Source: Steroidobacteraceae bacterium (lineage in GTDB: Bacteria > Pseudomonadota > Gammaproteobacteria > Steroidobacterales > Steroidobacteraceae). Taken from it: DNA of 53,335 nucleotides. The notes beneath the pieces are model-generated. The model ran no database searches and had not been told where the DNA came from. It saw nothing but the letters and a program-made list of their open reading frames with translations. The stretch is taken from assembly GCA_050738535.1 (NCBI GenBank), contig JBOHZT010000001.1, forward strand, positions 1 through 53,335, read 5' to 3'. The translations under genes and the position numbers were made by a program. This document shows positions 43,763-52,320 of this stretch, one piece after another (the first letter of the stretch is position 1; the number at the start of each line of letters is the position of its first letter).

Positions 43763-44540
43763 GCAGGGCATCGAGGCGCCGCTCTCGCCGCAAGACGTGC
43801 GGAAGATCCTCAGGATCTGCTCGCCTTCAGGATTGCTCGTCGGCGGCCAGGCGCTCGCTTTCTGGGCCGATCACCTCGCAGTGCAGCGCCCCGCCGCGCT
43901 CGCCTCGCAGGTCACGGCCGATGCGGATTTCATCGGCGATTCGGCGTTGGCGAAAGACCTCGGCAAGCGTCTCGGTTGGACGACGTGGATTCCCGCCATG
44001 GACGATGCGACGCCGCAGACGGGGAAGGTGACGCATCGCCTGGAAGGCGGCCGCATCAAGCAGGTGGATTTCCTGTCGGGCGTCGTCGGTCTCAGCACGA
44101 AGGATATCGGCCGCAGGGCGGTCGAGATGCAGGTGCCGAGCATCGGGCGGCTACGGGTGATGCATCCGATCGACGTGCTCGACAGCCGCATCCAGAACTT
44201 GCATGCGCTGCCGCAGAAGCGTAACGAAGCCGGAGTGGCGCAGGCGAGGCTCGCTGTGGACGTCGCCCGGGCTTTCATTCGTGAGCGGATCTTCGCGCGC
44301 GGCGAGCGCACTGGGCTCAAGCTGCTCGAGCGCGTGGCCGACATCGCCGCGGACATCGCCGCGGTGCGCGTCTTCCTGCTCTACGGTGTCGAGCCGCTCG
44401 AAGCCGTGCCGCTCGAGGAGTTCCGCACGACCTCGGCTTTGCACAAGGTGCGCTGGCCGCAGATCGTCGCTGAGGTGCGGGCCAAGCGGGAGGCGCTGCG
44501 GCGCGTCTCAGCCGACGCGCCGCAGCCGGCAACTCGATAG
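43752..44540 (+). CDS. Nucleotidyltransferase-fold protein, candidate toxin/effector partner of Phd
   Basis: 263 aa from MTTEQGIE. 'LLVGGQALAFWADHL...VTADADFIG' fits the hGG-x-A...(T/S)-x-D-x-D pattern of minimal/AbiEii-like NTases, followed by a helical C-terminal domain. Confidence 0.45.
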   Translation: MTTEQGIEAPLSPQDVRKILRICSPSGLLVGGQALAFWADHLAVQRPAALASQVTADADFIGDSALAKDLGKRLGWTTWIPAMDDATPQTGKVTHRLEGGRIKQVDFLSGVVGLSTKDIGRRAVEMQVPSIGRLRVMHPIDVLDSRIQNLHALPQKRNEAGVAQARLAVDVARAFIRERIFARGERTGLKLLERVADIAADIAAVRVFLLYGVEPLEAVPLEEFRTTSALHKVRWPQIVAEVRAKREALRRVSADAPQPATR

Positions 44541-44542
44541 AT

Positions 44543-45337
44543 TTACCGGGAACCCTCGTCGTGCCGCTCGTCGTGGCCCGTATTCCCGTGGCTCGCACTC
44601 CCTCGGCCCGCGTTGCCGTGCTCCGCGCCGTGCGCGCTCGCCCCCGGGCGTTGCTGTGAGCCGTGCCGCGCCGTAGGGCCCGATCGCTGCGGTCGCTCCG
44701 GACGATGAGGCGCACTCTGCGGCCGTTGCGGCCCGTGGGACTGAGGCGCTCGTGCCGGACCACGGCGGCCTGGCACAGCGTGCCCGCCGGGCCCGGGACG
44801 GCCGAACGCGCCGTGCCCCGAAAGGCGACCGCCCGACGGCGCTCGGTGCATGGGCGGCGGACCGGCATGGGTCCGGCCGCGAGGCCTCATGTGCGGCGGA
44901 AGTCTGCGATGTGCCCAAGAGTTGCGCTGCGAGAAAAACGGCCGGCTGCGATAGTACCGGCCCCAGTACAACGGGAGCGAAAACGTGAGGATCGGCAGTC
45001 CCAGGCTCGGCCCGTAGGAGTAGAGCGGAACGCGCGTACCTTGGTAGTTGAAGGACAGGCCGCCCGCGTAGATCCAGCCCCGAATCTGACCGTCGGAGGC
45101 GTCGCACCAGCTCCAGTCGCTGAGACAGCCGTACACCTGGACAGGGGTGCCCGGTCCCAGCTGCGCAACCATCGGATATTCCCTGTTCGGGCCGGCGCGC
45201 ACGTTCATGGGTCGAGAGGTGAAGGCGTTCTGCGCGCTCGCGATCCCGGAAACGCAGAGCAAAAGAGCCCCTAGAGCGCATCCGATCGAGGTCCGCCCGG
45301 CGAGCGGCGACATAAGTCGATCTGAACTTCTTTGCAT
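44543..45337 (-). CDS. Secreted bacterial SH3-domain protein with Pro/Gly/His/Arg-rich tail
   Basis: Signal peptide (...GALLLCVSGIASAQ). SH3_3-like 'VRAGPNREYPMVAQLGPGTPVQVYGCLSDWSWCDASDGQIRGWI'. Low-complexity C-terminal half. Confidence 0.65.
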   Translation of the reverse strand: MQRSSDRLMSPLAGRTSIGCALGALLLCVSGIASAQNAFTSRPMNVRAGPNREYPMVAQLGPGTPVQVYGCLSDWSWCDASDGQIRGWIYAGGLSFNYQGTRVPLYSYGPSLGLPILTFSLPLYWGRYYRSRPFFSQRNSWAHRRLPPHMRPRGRTHAGPPPMHRAPSGGRLSGHGAFGRPGPGGHAVPGRRGPARAPQSHGPQRPQSAPHRPERPQRSGPTARHGSQQRPGASAHGAEHGNAGRGSASHGNTGHDERHDEGSR

Positions 45338-45576
45338 CGCGGGAACTCCCCTGGGCGCCTGTACGGAGCGGACCGCGGGAGTGTACCTGGGCCGCCCGTC
45401 GTGCTGCGCAAGCATCGCTCGTTCCAGGAGGGCGAGTCTCGATCGGCCATGGCCTGTATTGCACATTGTAGAGCTTTGCAGGAATTTCACCCATAATGGC
45501 CGCGGACCTGGGGCGGCGGCGGTGCCGATTCCTCGTACCACACAGTAAGAGCAGGGGGAAGCTCGAGGAGAACCAT

Positions 45577-46629
45577 ATGCCTCGGCTCGAGACGTATTCG
45601 ACCGCGGGTCTCGCGGTGGGGCGCAGGCTCGAGTTCTGGAACGATCTGACGTGTAGCACCTTCACGCCGAACGTTTCCGATCCGCGCGATCTTCAAGGTT
45701 TTGCGCCGAGCTTGTCGCGCTCGACGCTGGGGGAGGTGCTGTTGAGCGAGGTGCGCTCGGCCCCCTCGATCGTCCGCCACACGAGCCAGCACGTCGCCCG
45801 TACCCGCAAGGCGATGTTCTTTCTGCATGTACAGACTGAGGGCCGCAGCTGCAATCGGCAGGAAGGGCGCGAGGCTTTCCTCGACGTCGGCGATCTCACG
45901 CTGCTCGACAACACGCGTCCCTATCAAATGGAGTTCGAGGCGCCGAGCACCTTGCTCGTCGTCGGCATCCCGGACCCGCTCATCCGCCGCCATCTGCCGC
46001 ATCCCGAAAGCGCGGCTGCCCGCGCGATCCGCCGCTGCGACCCGCTCGCCGCGCTGCTCGTCGATCTGCTCGGGCGGCTGTGGGCGCTATGCCAAACCGA
46101 CGAGGCGCGCCTCAATCATGCCGTGGAGTGCTCGCTGCTCAGCATGATCGGCGCGGTGTATGCGGGAACGCCGCTCGGCCGCGGCGAGCTCAACGCAGGG
46201 CCTGAATTTCGCCGGCTGCGCATCCTGCGCTTCATCGAGGACCACCTGGGCGATGCCGATCTCGGCCCTACGAAGATCGCCTCGGCGCTCGGAACGACGC
46301 CTCGCAACGTTCACCTGACGTTCTCGCAGGGCGAGGAGACGCTCTGCCGCTACATCCAGCGCCGCAGGCTCGAGGAGTGCGCACGCATCTTCGCAGACCG
46401 CGCGCAGCAGGCGCGCACCGTCAGCGATGTGGCCTTCCATCTCGGATTCTCGAGCCTCACGCACTTCGGTAAGGTTTTTCACGACCATTTCGGCGTGGCC
46501 GCCACGGAATACCGCGCTCAGCGGATCCGCGAGCAGCCTGCCGCTCCGAGCTCGGCGGTTGTTCTGGCTGCAAAAACCTCCGAGCCCGATCATCTCGAAT
46601 CCGCCGCTTTCGCCGTTGCGGAGCGATAG
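45577..46629 (+). CDS. AraC-family transcriptional regulator
   Basis: GAGGAG Shine-Dalgarno plus ATG at 45577. N-terminal AraC-type ligand-binding-like domain. C-terminal HTH pair '...RNVHLTFSQ...TVSDVAFHLGFSSLTHFGKVFHDHFGVAATEYR'. Confidence 0.85.
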   Translation: MPRLETYSTAGLAVGRRLEFWNDLTCSTFTPNVSDPRDLQGFAPSLSRSTLGEVLLSEVRSAPSIVRHTSQHVARTRKAMFFLHVQTEGRSCNRQEGREAFLDVGDLTLLDNTRPYQMEFEAPSTLLVVGIPDPLIRRHLPHPESAAARAIRRCDPLAALLVDLLGRLWALCQTDEARLNHAVECSLLSMIGAVYAGTPLGRGELNAGPEFRRLRILRFIEDHLGDADLGPTKIASALGTTPRNVHLTFSQGEETLCRYIQRRRLEECARIFADRAQQARTVSDVAFHLGFSSLTHFGKVFHDHFGVAATEYRAQRIREQPAAPSSAVVLAAKTSEPDHLESAAFAVAER

Positions 46630-46831
46630 TTTCCGTGGCGTTAACACTGAATTGCGTAAATAGCCTGCTATCGTTTCGCTCTCAACGGAACAAGTCTTCG
46701 CTCTCGGTGGAACGGGCCCCGAGGACCGCTGCTAGCATCCTCGCCCGGAAATACGCGAAGCCGGTTCAGTTGTTGCGAATGCGCAACTGAATACCAGAAA
46801 AGCCGTCTTTTCGCTTTGGGGGGAATTAACT

Positions 46832-49800
46832 GTGAATCGAACTCGGTCCGTGTCGTATCTATTCCGTGGGGCGTTGGCGCTCGGCGCCTGTGCCATGATG
46901 GGCTCCGCACTCAGCGTATCCGCGGCTGAAGCCTCAGCGGCGAGCGCCGCCAAGGCGACCCAGACCGCTGACACTGCGAGTGCAGCCACCGCGACTAAGG
47001 CGACAGCGCGTACGACGAGTACCGCGCTGCTGGCCGCCAACTCGAACGACTGGACTCCATCGGTTCAATCCTTTCTCCTGGCGCAAGCGACGGCTGCGCC
47101 TGGTGCCACAGGGGCTCCCGCGGCGAGTAGCGCGGCGGCTGCGCCTGCCGAGCTCGAGGAAGTCACGGTAACCGGCACGCGTATCCAGCGGCCGGGCCTG
47201 AAGTCCATCAGTCCCCTCGTGACCGTCACTTCCGTGCAGCTCCAGCAGCAGGCCGGGATCAACGTCGAGTCGTATCTCAATAAACTGCCGAATTTCAACC
47301 CGGCCTACACACCAACGACGGAAAACGAGGATGTGCAGCCCGATGCCGTCAACACGGTCGGCATCGCCGACATCTCCCTGAGAGGCCTCGGACCCAACCG
47401 CAACCTGGTGCTGATCAACGGCCACCGCACGATGCCGATCAACGCGCTGATGGTGACCGACATTAACGGCATCCCGCAGGCGATGATCCAGAGCATCCAG
47501 ACCATCACGGGCGGCGCGTCGACCACCTACGGCCCGGATGCGGTCAGCGGCGTCGTGAATTTCATCCTGAGAAAGGATTTCCAGGGCGCCGAGTTCAACT
47601 ACCAGGACAGCATCACCCAAGCCGGTGACGGCGACGAAATGGACGCCTCCGCGCTCGTGGGAACCAATTTCGCGGATAACAAAGGCAACGTCACGATGGG
47701 GTTGGAGTATTACAACCGCCAGGTCGCGTTCCAGAAGAACCGCAGTTTCTTCACCAATTCCTGGAGCGACCCGAACGCGACGGGCACCAACAACTTCAGC
47801 TTGACGAATGGGTACAACGGCTGGGAGCCGCAGCAGTCCTTCTTCCCCACGGCCAACCCGAGCGTCGCCGCGTTGAGCACGGTGTTCGCGAAGCGCACAG
47901 CCGCAGGCGGCGGCGTGTGCCTGTTTGGAAACGCCTGCTCGTTCGACACTCTCAGCTTCAATTACAACAACACCCCGGCCCAGAACAGCATCTGGTTCAA
48001 TAGCTTGCCGATCGATCAAAGCGGCTATACGGGGCCGCAATCCGGGAACGGCTTTGGACTGATGAACGCCTATGACGGGACGGTGCTCAATACCTTTGGC
48101 GCCCCCGCCCCGGCGGAACAGCAGGTATTGAAATGGAACGATCCGCTCGCCACGATCACAGAGCCGCAAACCCGCTACTCGTTCTGGGCCGACGGTAACT
48201 ATCACATCACCCCGAATATCGATTTCTACTCGGATGTCCGCTTTGCGACGAGCAAGACGACCACCCTCTTGGACGTTCCCACCACCGCAATCTATGGCTG
48301 GGAGGCCCAGATCCCGTTCAACGCAGCGACGGACAGCCCGATCCTTCCGACTGCGGTCAGCAGCGCTTCGACGCAAAGCGAACTTCAGACGATCTCTGCT
48401 GCCTTTGCGGGCAATCCAGCGGCCAATGCCTACAGCAACCCGAACTATATTGCTCCGGGCGCCGCGGGTGCCCAGCACCCGGTACCTTGGCAGCTCGCCA
48501 TGCTGCTGCTGAGCCGAGGCGCTGCGAACGGAGTGCCGGACGGCGGCAGCAATGCACCGCAAGAAGCTCCGTCCATTAGCTGTCTGCCTGAAGTGACCGT
48601 CAGGCCGACTCCCTGCCCGGCGGCGGGACAGCCAAATTACGCGCCGACCAGCTGGATTCTTTCCTGGAATCCGGCGTTCAGCGCTCCCCCGCGCTCGACG
48701 GTCGATCAGTCGACCGTGTGGCAGATCGATACGGGCGTCCGCTTTCCGCTGTTCGCCGACTGGACGGGCGATATCTACTATTCGCGCGGCCAGTCGAGCG
48801 ACTACGAGAACGCCTTGGGCACTGACTCGCTACAGCGATACCGCACAGTGCTCGATTCGCCCGATTACGGCGCCGGCGAGTCCTATCAAGGCAACGCCAA
48901 CGGCGCCAATCCGAACTTCGGGACCTCGGTGCCTGCAACGTGCACCAGCGGCTTCTACGATGCCATCTTCGGGGGCGCCAGCGCTTCGGCGGATTGCATG
49001 AACGCCTTCAGTGCGACGCTCCAGACCTACACCGCAATGGAGCAGGACGACCTCGAGGCAAACTTCCAAGGGTCTATATTTAGGCTGCCGGCCGGAGAGG
49101 TGAGCGCTGCGCTGGGATTCGAATATCTCCGCGACGCGGGCCAGTTCATGCCGGACAACCTGCAGTCGACCGGTTCATTCCTCGACGAGGCGATCGGCCT
49201 CTATCCGCTCGGGGGGCTGGACAACGAGATCGCATCCCGGCAGGGCTACCTCGAGCTCTACATACCAGTGCTCAAGAACCTTCCGCTGGTGAAAGAGTTG
49301 GACATCAACCCGGCTATCCGCTACACGACTTATCCGGATCAGGTTCCCAATACCACCACCTTCAAGCTCAACCTCAGCTGGCAGGTGAGCAACGAGCTGC
49401 GTCTGCGCGGCGGCTTCAACCGCGCCGTTCGTGCACCGAATCTGGGTGAGCTCTACCTTGGAGAGCAGGAATTCTTCGGGGGCGCCGGCCAATTCGGAGA
49501 CCCGTGCTCGCTGCGCTCCATTGCGCCATTCGGCGCCGGCGATGCGGCGGCGGATCTCTCGCCACGAGACGCAGGACAACCGGCGCAGAAGCTCGCCGGT
49601 GGCCAGACGACGCAAGGCGCTATCAGCACCTACCTCATCTGCCAGGCGCAAATGCAAATGGCCGGCGGGAACCAAGCGCAAGGCTCGTACTACGCGGGTG
49701 CACAGTCGGCCGGAGTCGGCCTACCCTTTGCCTGGGTCAACGAGGTGGGCAACTCGAACCTCAAAGCCGAGACCGCGGACACCTGGACCGCCGGCTTCAC

Positions 49801-50749
49801 GCTCTCGGACCTCGGACAGGGTCCTTGGCTTCAGGGCCTGAATGCGACGGCGGACTGGTGGCAGATCCACATCAAGAACGCGATCGAGCTCGACTCCATC
49901 GACTACGCGAACTACCTCTGCTACGGGACCAATACCGTCACCACGCAGGCACAGGCGGTAGCTCAAGCTGAAACACCTGCGTGTCTGAACGTGCCTCGGC
50001 TCGGCGGCAACGGCGGTCCGGCCACGTCGCTGCTGCAGTACGACAACTCTGCGACGATCGGTGTCGCCGGTGTCGACCTCGGGGTCAACTGGATCGCCAA
50101 CCTCGAGGACATCGGTGTGAAGCATGTTCCGGGTGAAGTCACCTTCAGCACACGGACGACCATCCTCCAATATTTCCGTACGAAGCAATCGTCCCAAGCC
50201 TTCGACACGAATATCAACTGGAAGGACTCGTTCGGGCCGACGTTGTCGGGTACCAACGGGGGGGCTTACGGCTATCGCATCTTCACGACGATCGGCTATG
50301 TCTTGCCGTCCTTCTCGGCGCAGCTGCGCTGGACGTTCTACCCCTCGATCAACAGCGCTGCGCACGCGCAGCAGGAAGCGATCGTCGACCACAACAAGCA
50401 GGTCGCGGCCACGGGTCAGGGCTACATGCTGAGCTGGACGCCGGATACGAGCATCGCGACTCCGGCATGGAGCGAGTTCGATCTGTCGGCGACCTACACC
50501 GTCAACCACTGGCTGCAGATCCGCGGGGGTATCGACAACCTTCTGAATACCAATCCCCCGATCACCGGTGCGACTACGGGCGTTGCTCCGGGCTCGAGCG
50601 TTGGGGTTTGCAGCACGGCCGACTCGGCGCTGGGCTGCACCAACCCGACCAGGTACGCTCTTGCCAATGACGGCGCGGGCTTCACGAACGCAGGTTTCTA
50701 CGACGTTTACGGCCGCACCTTCTATCTCGGCCTGAAGGCCTCGTTCTAA
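46832..50749 (+). CDS. TonB-dependent outer-membrane receptor, unusually large (1305 aa)
   Basis: Signal peptide, an Ala/Thr/Ser-rich linker, and a plug ('LEEVTVTGTRIQRP...ISLRGLGPNRNLVLINGHR'). Long beta-barrel ending in the aromatic terminus 'YLGLKASF'. Confidence 0.85.
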   Translation: MNRTRSVSYLFRGALALGACAMMGSALSVSAAEASAASAAKATQTADTASAATATKATARTTSTALLAANSNDWTPSVQSFLLAQATAAPGATGAPAASSAAAAPAELEEVTVTGTRIQRPGLKSISPLVTVTSVQLQQQAGINVESYLNKLPNFNPAYTPTTENEDVQPDAVNTVGIADISLRGLGPNRNLVLINGHRTMPINALMVTDINGIPQAMIQSIQTITGGASTTYGPDAVSGVVNFILRKDFQGAEFNYQDSITQAGDGDEMDASALVGTNFADNKGNVTMGLEYYNRQVAFQKNRSFFTNSWSDPNATGTNNFSLTNGYNGWEPQQSFFPTANPSVAALSTVFAKRTAAGGGVCLFGNACSFDTLSFNYNNTPAQNSIWFNSLPIDQSGYTGPQSGNGFGLMNAYDGTVLNTFGAPAPAEQQVLKWNDPLATITEPQTRYSFWADGNYHITPNIDFYSDVRFATSKTTTLLDVPTTAIYGWEAQIPFNAATDSPILPTAVSSASTQSELQTISAAFAGNPAANAYSNPNYIAPGAAGAQHPVPWQLAMLLLSRGAANGVPDGGSNAPQEAPSISCLPEVTVRPTPCPAAGQPNYAPTSWILSWNPAFSAPPRSTVDQSTVWQIDTGVRFPLFADWTGDIYYSRGQSSDYENALGTDSLQRYRTVLDSPDYGAGESYQGNANGANPNFGTSVPATCTSGFYDAIFGGASASADCMNAFSATLQTYTAMEQDDLEANFQGSIFRLPAGEVSAALGFEYLRDAGQFMPDNLQSTGSFLDEAIGLYPLGGLDNEIASRQGYLELYIPVLKNLPLVKELDINPAIRYTTYPDQVPNTTTFKLNLSWQVSNELRLRGGFNRAVRAPNLGELYLGEQEFFGGAGQFGDPCSLRSIAPFGAGDAAADLSPRDAGQPAQKLAGGQTTQGAISTYLICQAQMQMAGGNQAQGSYYAGAQSAGVGLPFAWVNEVGNSNLKAETADTWTAGFTLSDLGQGPWLQGLNATADWWQIHIKNAIELDSIDYANYLCYGTNTVTTQAQAVAQAETPACLNVPRLGGNGGPATSLLQYDNSATIGVAGVDLGVNWIANLEDIGVKHVPGEVTFSTRTTILQYFRTKQSSQAFDTNINWKDSFGPTLSGTNGGAYGYRIFTTIGYVLPSFSAQLRWTFYPSINSAAHAQQEAIVDHNKQVAATGQGYMLSWTPDTSIATPAWSEFDLSATYTVNHWLQIRGGIDNLLNTNPPITGATTGVAPGSSVGVCSTADSALGCTNPTRYALANDGAGFTNAGFYDVYGRTFYLGLKASF

Positions 50750-50775
50750 CCAGCGGAAAGTCTCAGCTGATGAAG

Positions 50776-50806
50776 CGGCGGGCCCACGGGTCCGCCGTTT
50801 TTTTTT
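50776..50806 (+). terminator. Rho-independent terminator of the TonB-dependent receptor gene
   Basis: cggcgggcc-cacg-ggtccgccg stem (9 bp including one G-U pair) followed by T9. It lies 27 nt after the stop codon. Confidence 0.8.
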
Positions 50807-50977
50807 GTGCGCCCGGCAGGGCGCACTGACTGGAGGCGCAGGTTCGGTGCGGCTCTGGGGCCGCCACCTCTCAGCCGGCAATCCCTCCTTAGGTATCATG
50901 CCCTCGACGACTCGCACTCAAGGTGGCGCGGCGGCGTGGTGCCGTCACGGCGCCGCCGTGCTCCGGAGAGCCTCGAA

Positions 50978-52219
50978 TTGGCAAGGAGATTCCGCCTACC
51001 CCGCAACGTCCAGTGGCTGATTGCGGCGCGCACCACGCGCAGCGTGGGGCAAGGCGTCACGGTCGTCAGCTTCTCGCTCTACCTGCATGCTCTGGGCTAC
51101 AGCGGCACCGCCATCGGCGTGGTGCTGATGGCGGGGTTGCTGTTCGGGGCGGCCCTCACGCTGATCGTCGGGCCCATGAGCGACCGGCGCGGGCGGCGTG
51201 GCCTGTTGCTGGGGTACGAGTGCTCGGCCGCGCTCGCGTCCCTCGCGGCCATGGTGTCACCCCAGGAGGCAGTGCTGATCGCGGCCGCCACCATCGCCGG
51301 GTTCGGACGCGGCGCGAATGGGGCGGCGGGTCCATTCGCGCCGGTCGAGCAGGCCTGGCTCGCGCGCGAAGTGACCGGCGACATGCGGCGGCACGTGTTC
51401 GCGCTTAATGCGACGTACGGATTCGTCGGGATGGCGGTTGGAGCGGCGCTCGCGGCGCTGCCGAGCCTCTTCGGGCGGGGATTCGGGAACCTGGCCGCCT
51501 ACCGCTACTTGTTCCTGATCCCGTTCGTGGGCTCGCTCGCGTCCATTGCATTCATCGCTTTCGCGCGCGAGGGCCCCGTACCGCCTGCGGAGGTTCCCCA
51601 GCATCTGCACGGTGCGGAGGGCAAGGAAATCGTCCGCCTCGAGAACCGGCAGCTACGGCGACTTGCGGCGACGAACGGCATCAATGGGCTCGCCATCGGG
51701 ATCATTGGACCGCTCATGGCGTTCTGGCTCGCCCGGCGGTTCGGGCAGGGCCCAGCCCTGATCGGCCCGGCGCTCGCGGCGAGCTTCCTGCTCGGAGCGT
51801 TCGGCTCATCGCTCAGCGGTTGGCTGAGCATCCGCCTCGGGGCCGTGCGCTCGGTGCTGTGGATGCGGTTCTGCGGTCTCGTGCTCCTCGTCGCCGTGCC
51901 GTTCTCCGAGACGTTCGGTATGGCCGCGGGTCTGTATGCGCTCCGATCGGCGTTCAACCAGGGCACGGCGGGGACTCGGCAGGCCGTCGCCGTGGAGCTG
52001 ACGCGGGTGGAGCGCCGGGGCCTCGCGGCGAGCGTGCAGAGTCTGTCGTTGCAGATCCCCCGGGCGGCGGGGCCGGTGCTCGGCGGCTGGCTGATCCACA
52101 GCGGCCAGTTCGTGTTCCCGTTCCTGCTCGCGACCGCCCTGCAGGCGCTCTACCTGGTCCTGTACCGGCTCTACTTCAGTCCGCTCGACCGGATCGCACG
52201 GGAATCAAGCATACAGTAG
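50978..52219 (+). CDS. MFS transporter
   Basis: 12-TM profile. MFS motif A 'GPMSDRRGRRGLLL'. The start is proposed at TTG 50978 (GGAGAG 7 nt upstream). The listed ORF begins at 50807, which overlaps the terminator. Confidence 0.75.
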   Translation: MARRFRLPRNVQWLIAARTTRSVGQGVTVVSFSLYLHALGYSGTAIGVVLMAGLLFGAALTLIVGPMSDRRGRRGLLLGYECSAALASLAAMVSPQEAVLIAAATIAGFGRGANGAAGPFAPVEQAWLAREVTGDMRRHVFALNATYGFVGMAVGAALAALPSLFGRGFGNLAAYRYLFLIPFVGSLASIAFIAFAREGPVPPAEVPQHLHGAEGKEIVRLENRQLRRLAATNGINGLAIGIIGPLMAFWLARRFGQGPALIGPALAASFLLGAFGSSLSGWLSIRLGAVRSVLWMRFCGLVLLVAVPFSETFGMAAGLYALRSAFNQGTAGTRQAVAVELTRVERRGLAASVQSLSLQIPRAAGPVLGGWLIHSGQFVFPFLLATALQALYLVLYRLYFSPLDRIARESSIQ

Positions 52220-52281
52220 CGGGCGGGTCGGTTCGGCCGTGCACTTTCCCGCCGGGAACGGACAAGCTCGAACGCGATACC

Positions 52282-52309
52282 TTGATTTACTCATTATATT
52301 GAGTAAAAA
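52282..52309 (+). promoter_or_regulatory. Putative promoter with a perfect 8-bp inverted repeat upstream of the second AAA+ ATPase gene
   Basis: TTGATT (52282-87), 16 nt spacer, TAAAAA (52304-09). The spacer holds TTTACTCA-ttatat-TGAGTAAA (52286-52307). This is an AT-rich patch in GC-rich DNA. The ATG is at 52321. Confidence 0.35.
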
Positions 52310-52320
52310 TACGCGGCGTC

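Noticed and set aside
42866-43771. 301-aa minus-strand ORF spanning the dprA-like 5' end and the repeat-B region.
   Set aside because: It overlaps dprA out of frame. It also covers the phd promoter and phd gene in antisense. It only gains the 'RGSPVDFVWSGTPIKVSVS' peptide because it reads through repeat copy B. It is treated as a relic, not a gene.
46934-50917. Minus-strand ORFs of 542 aa and 398 aa.
   Set aside because: They are antisense to the TonB-dependent receptor. They have no motifs, and the second also runs across the rho-independent terminator.
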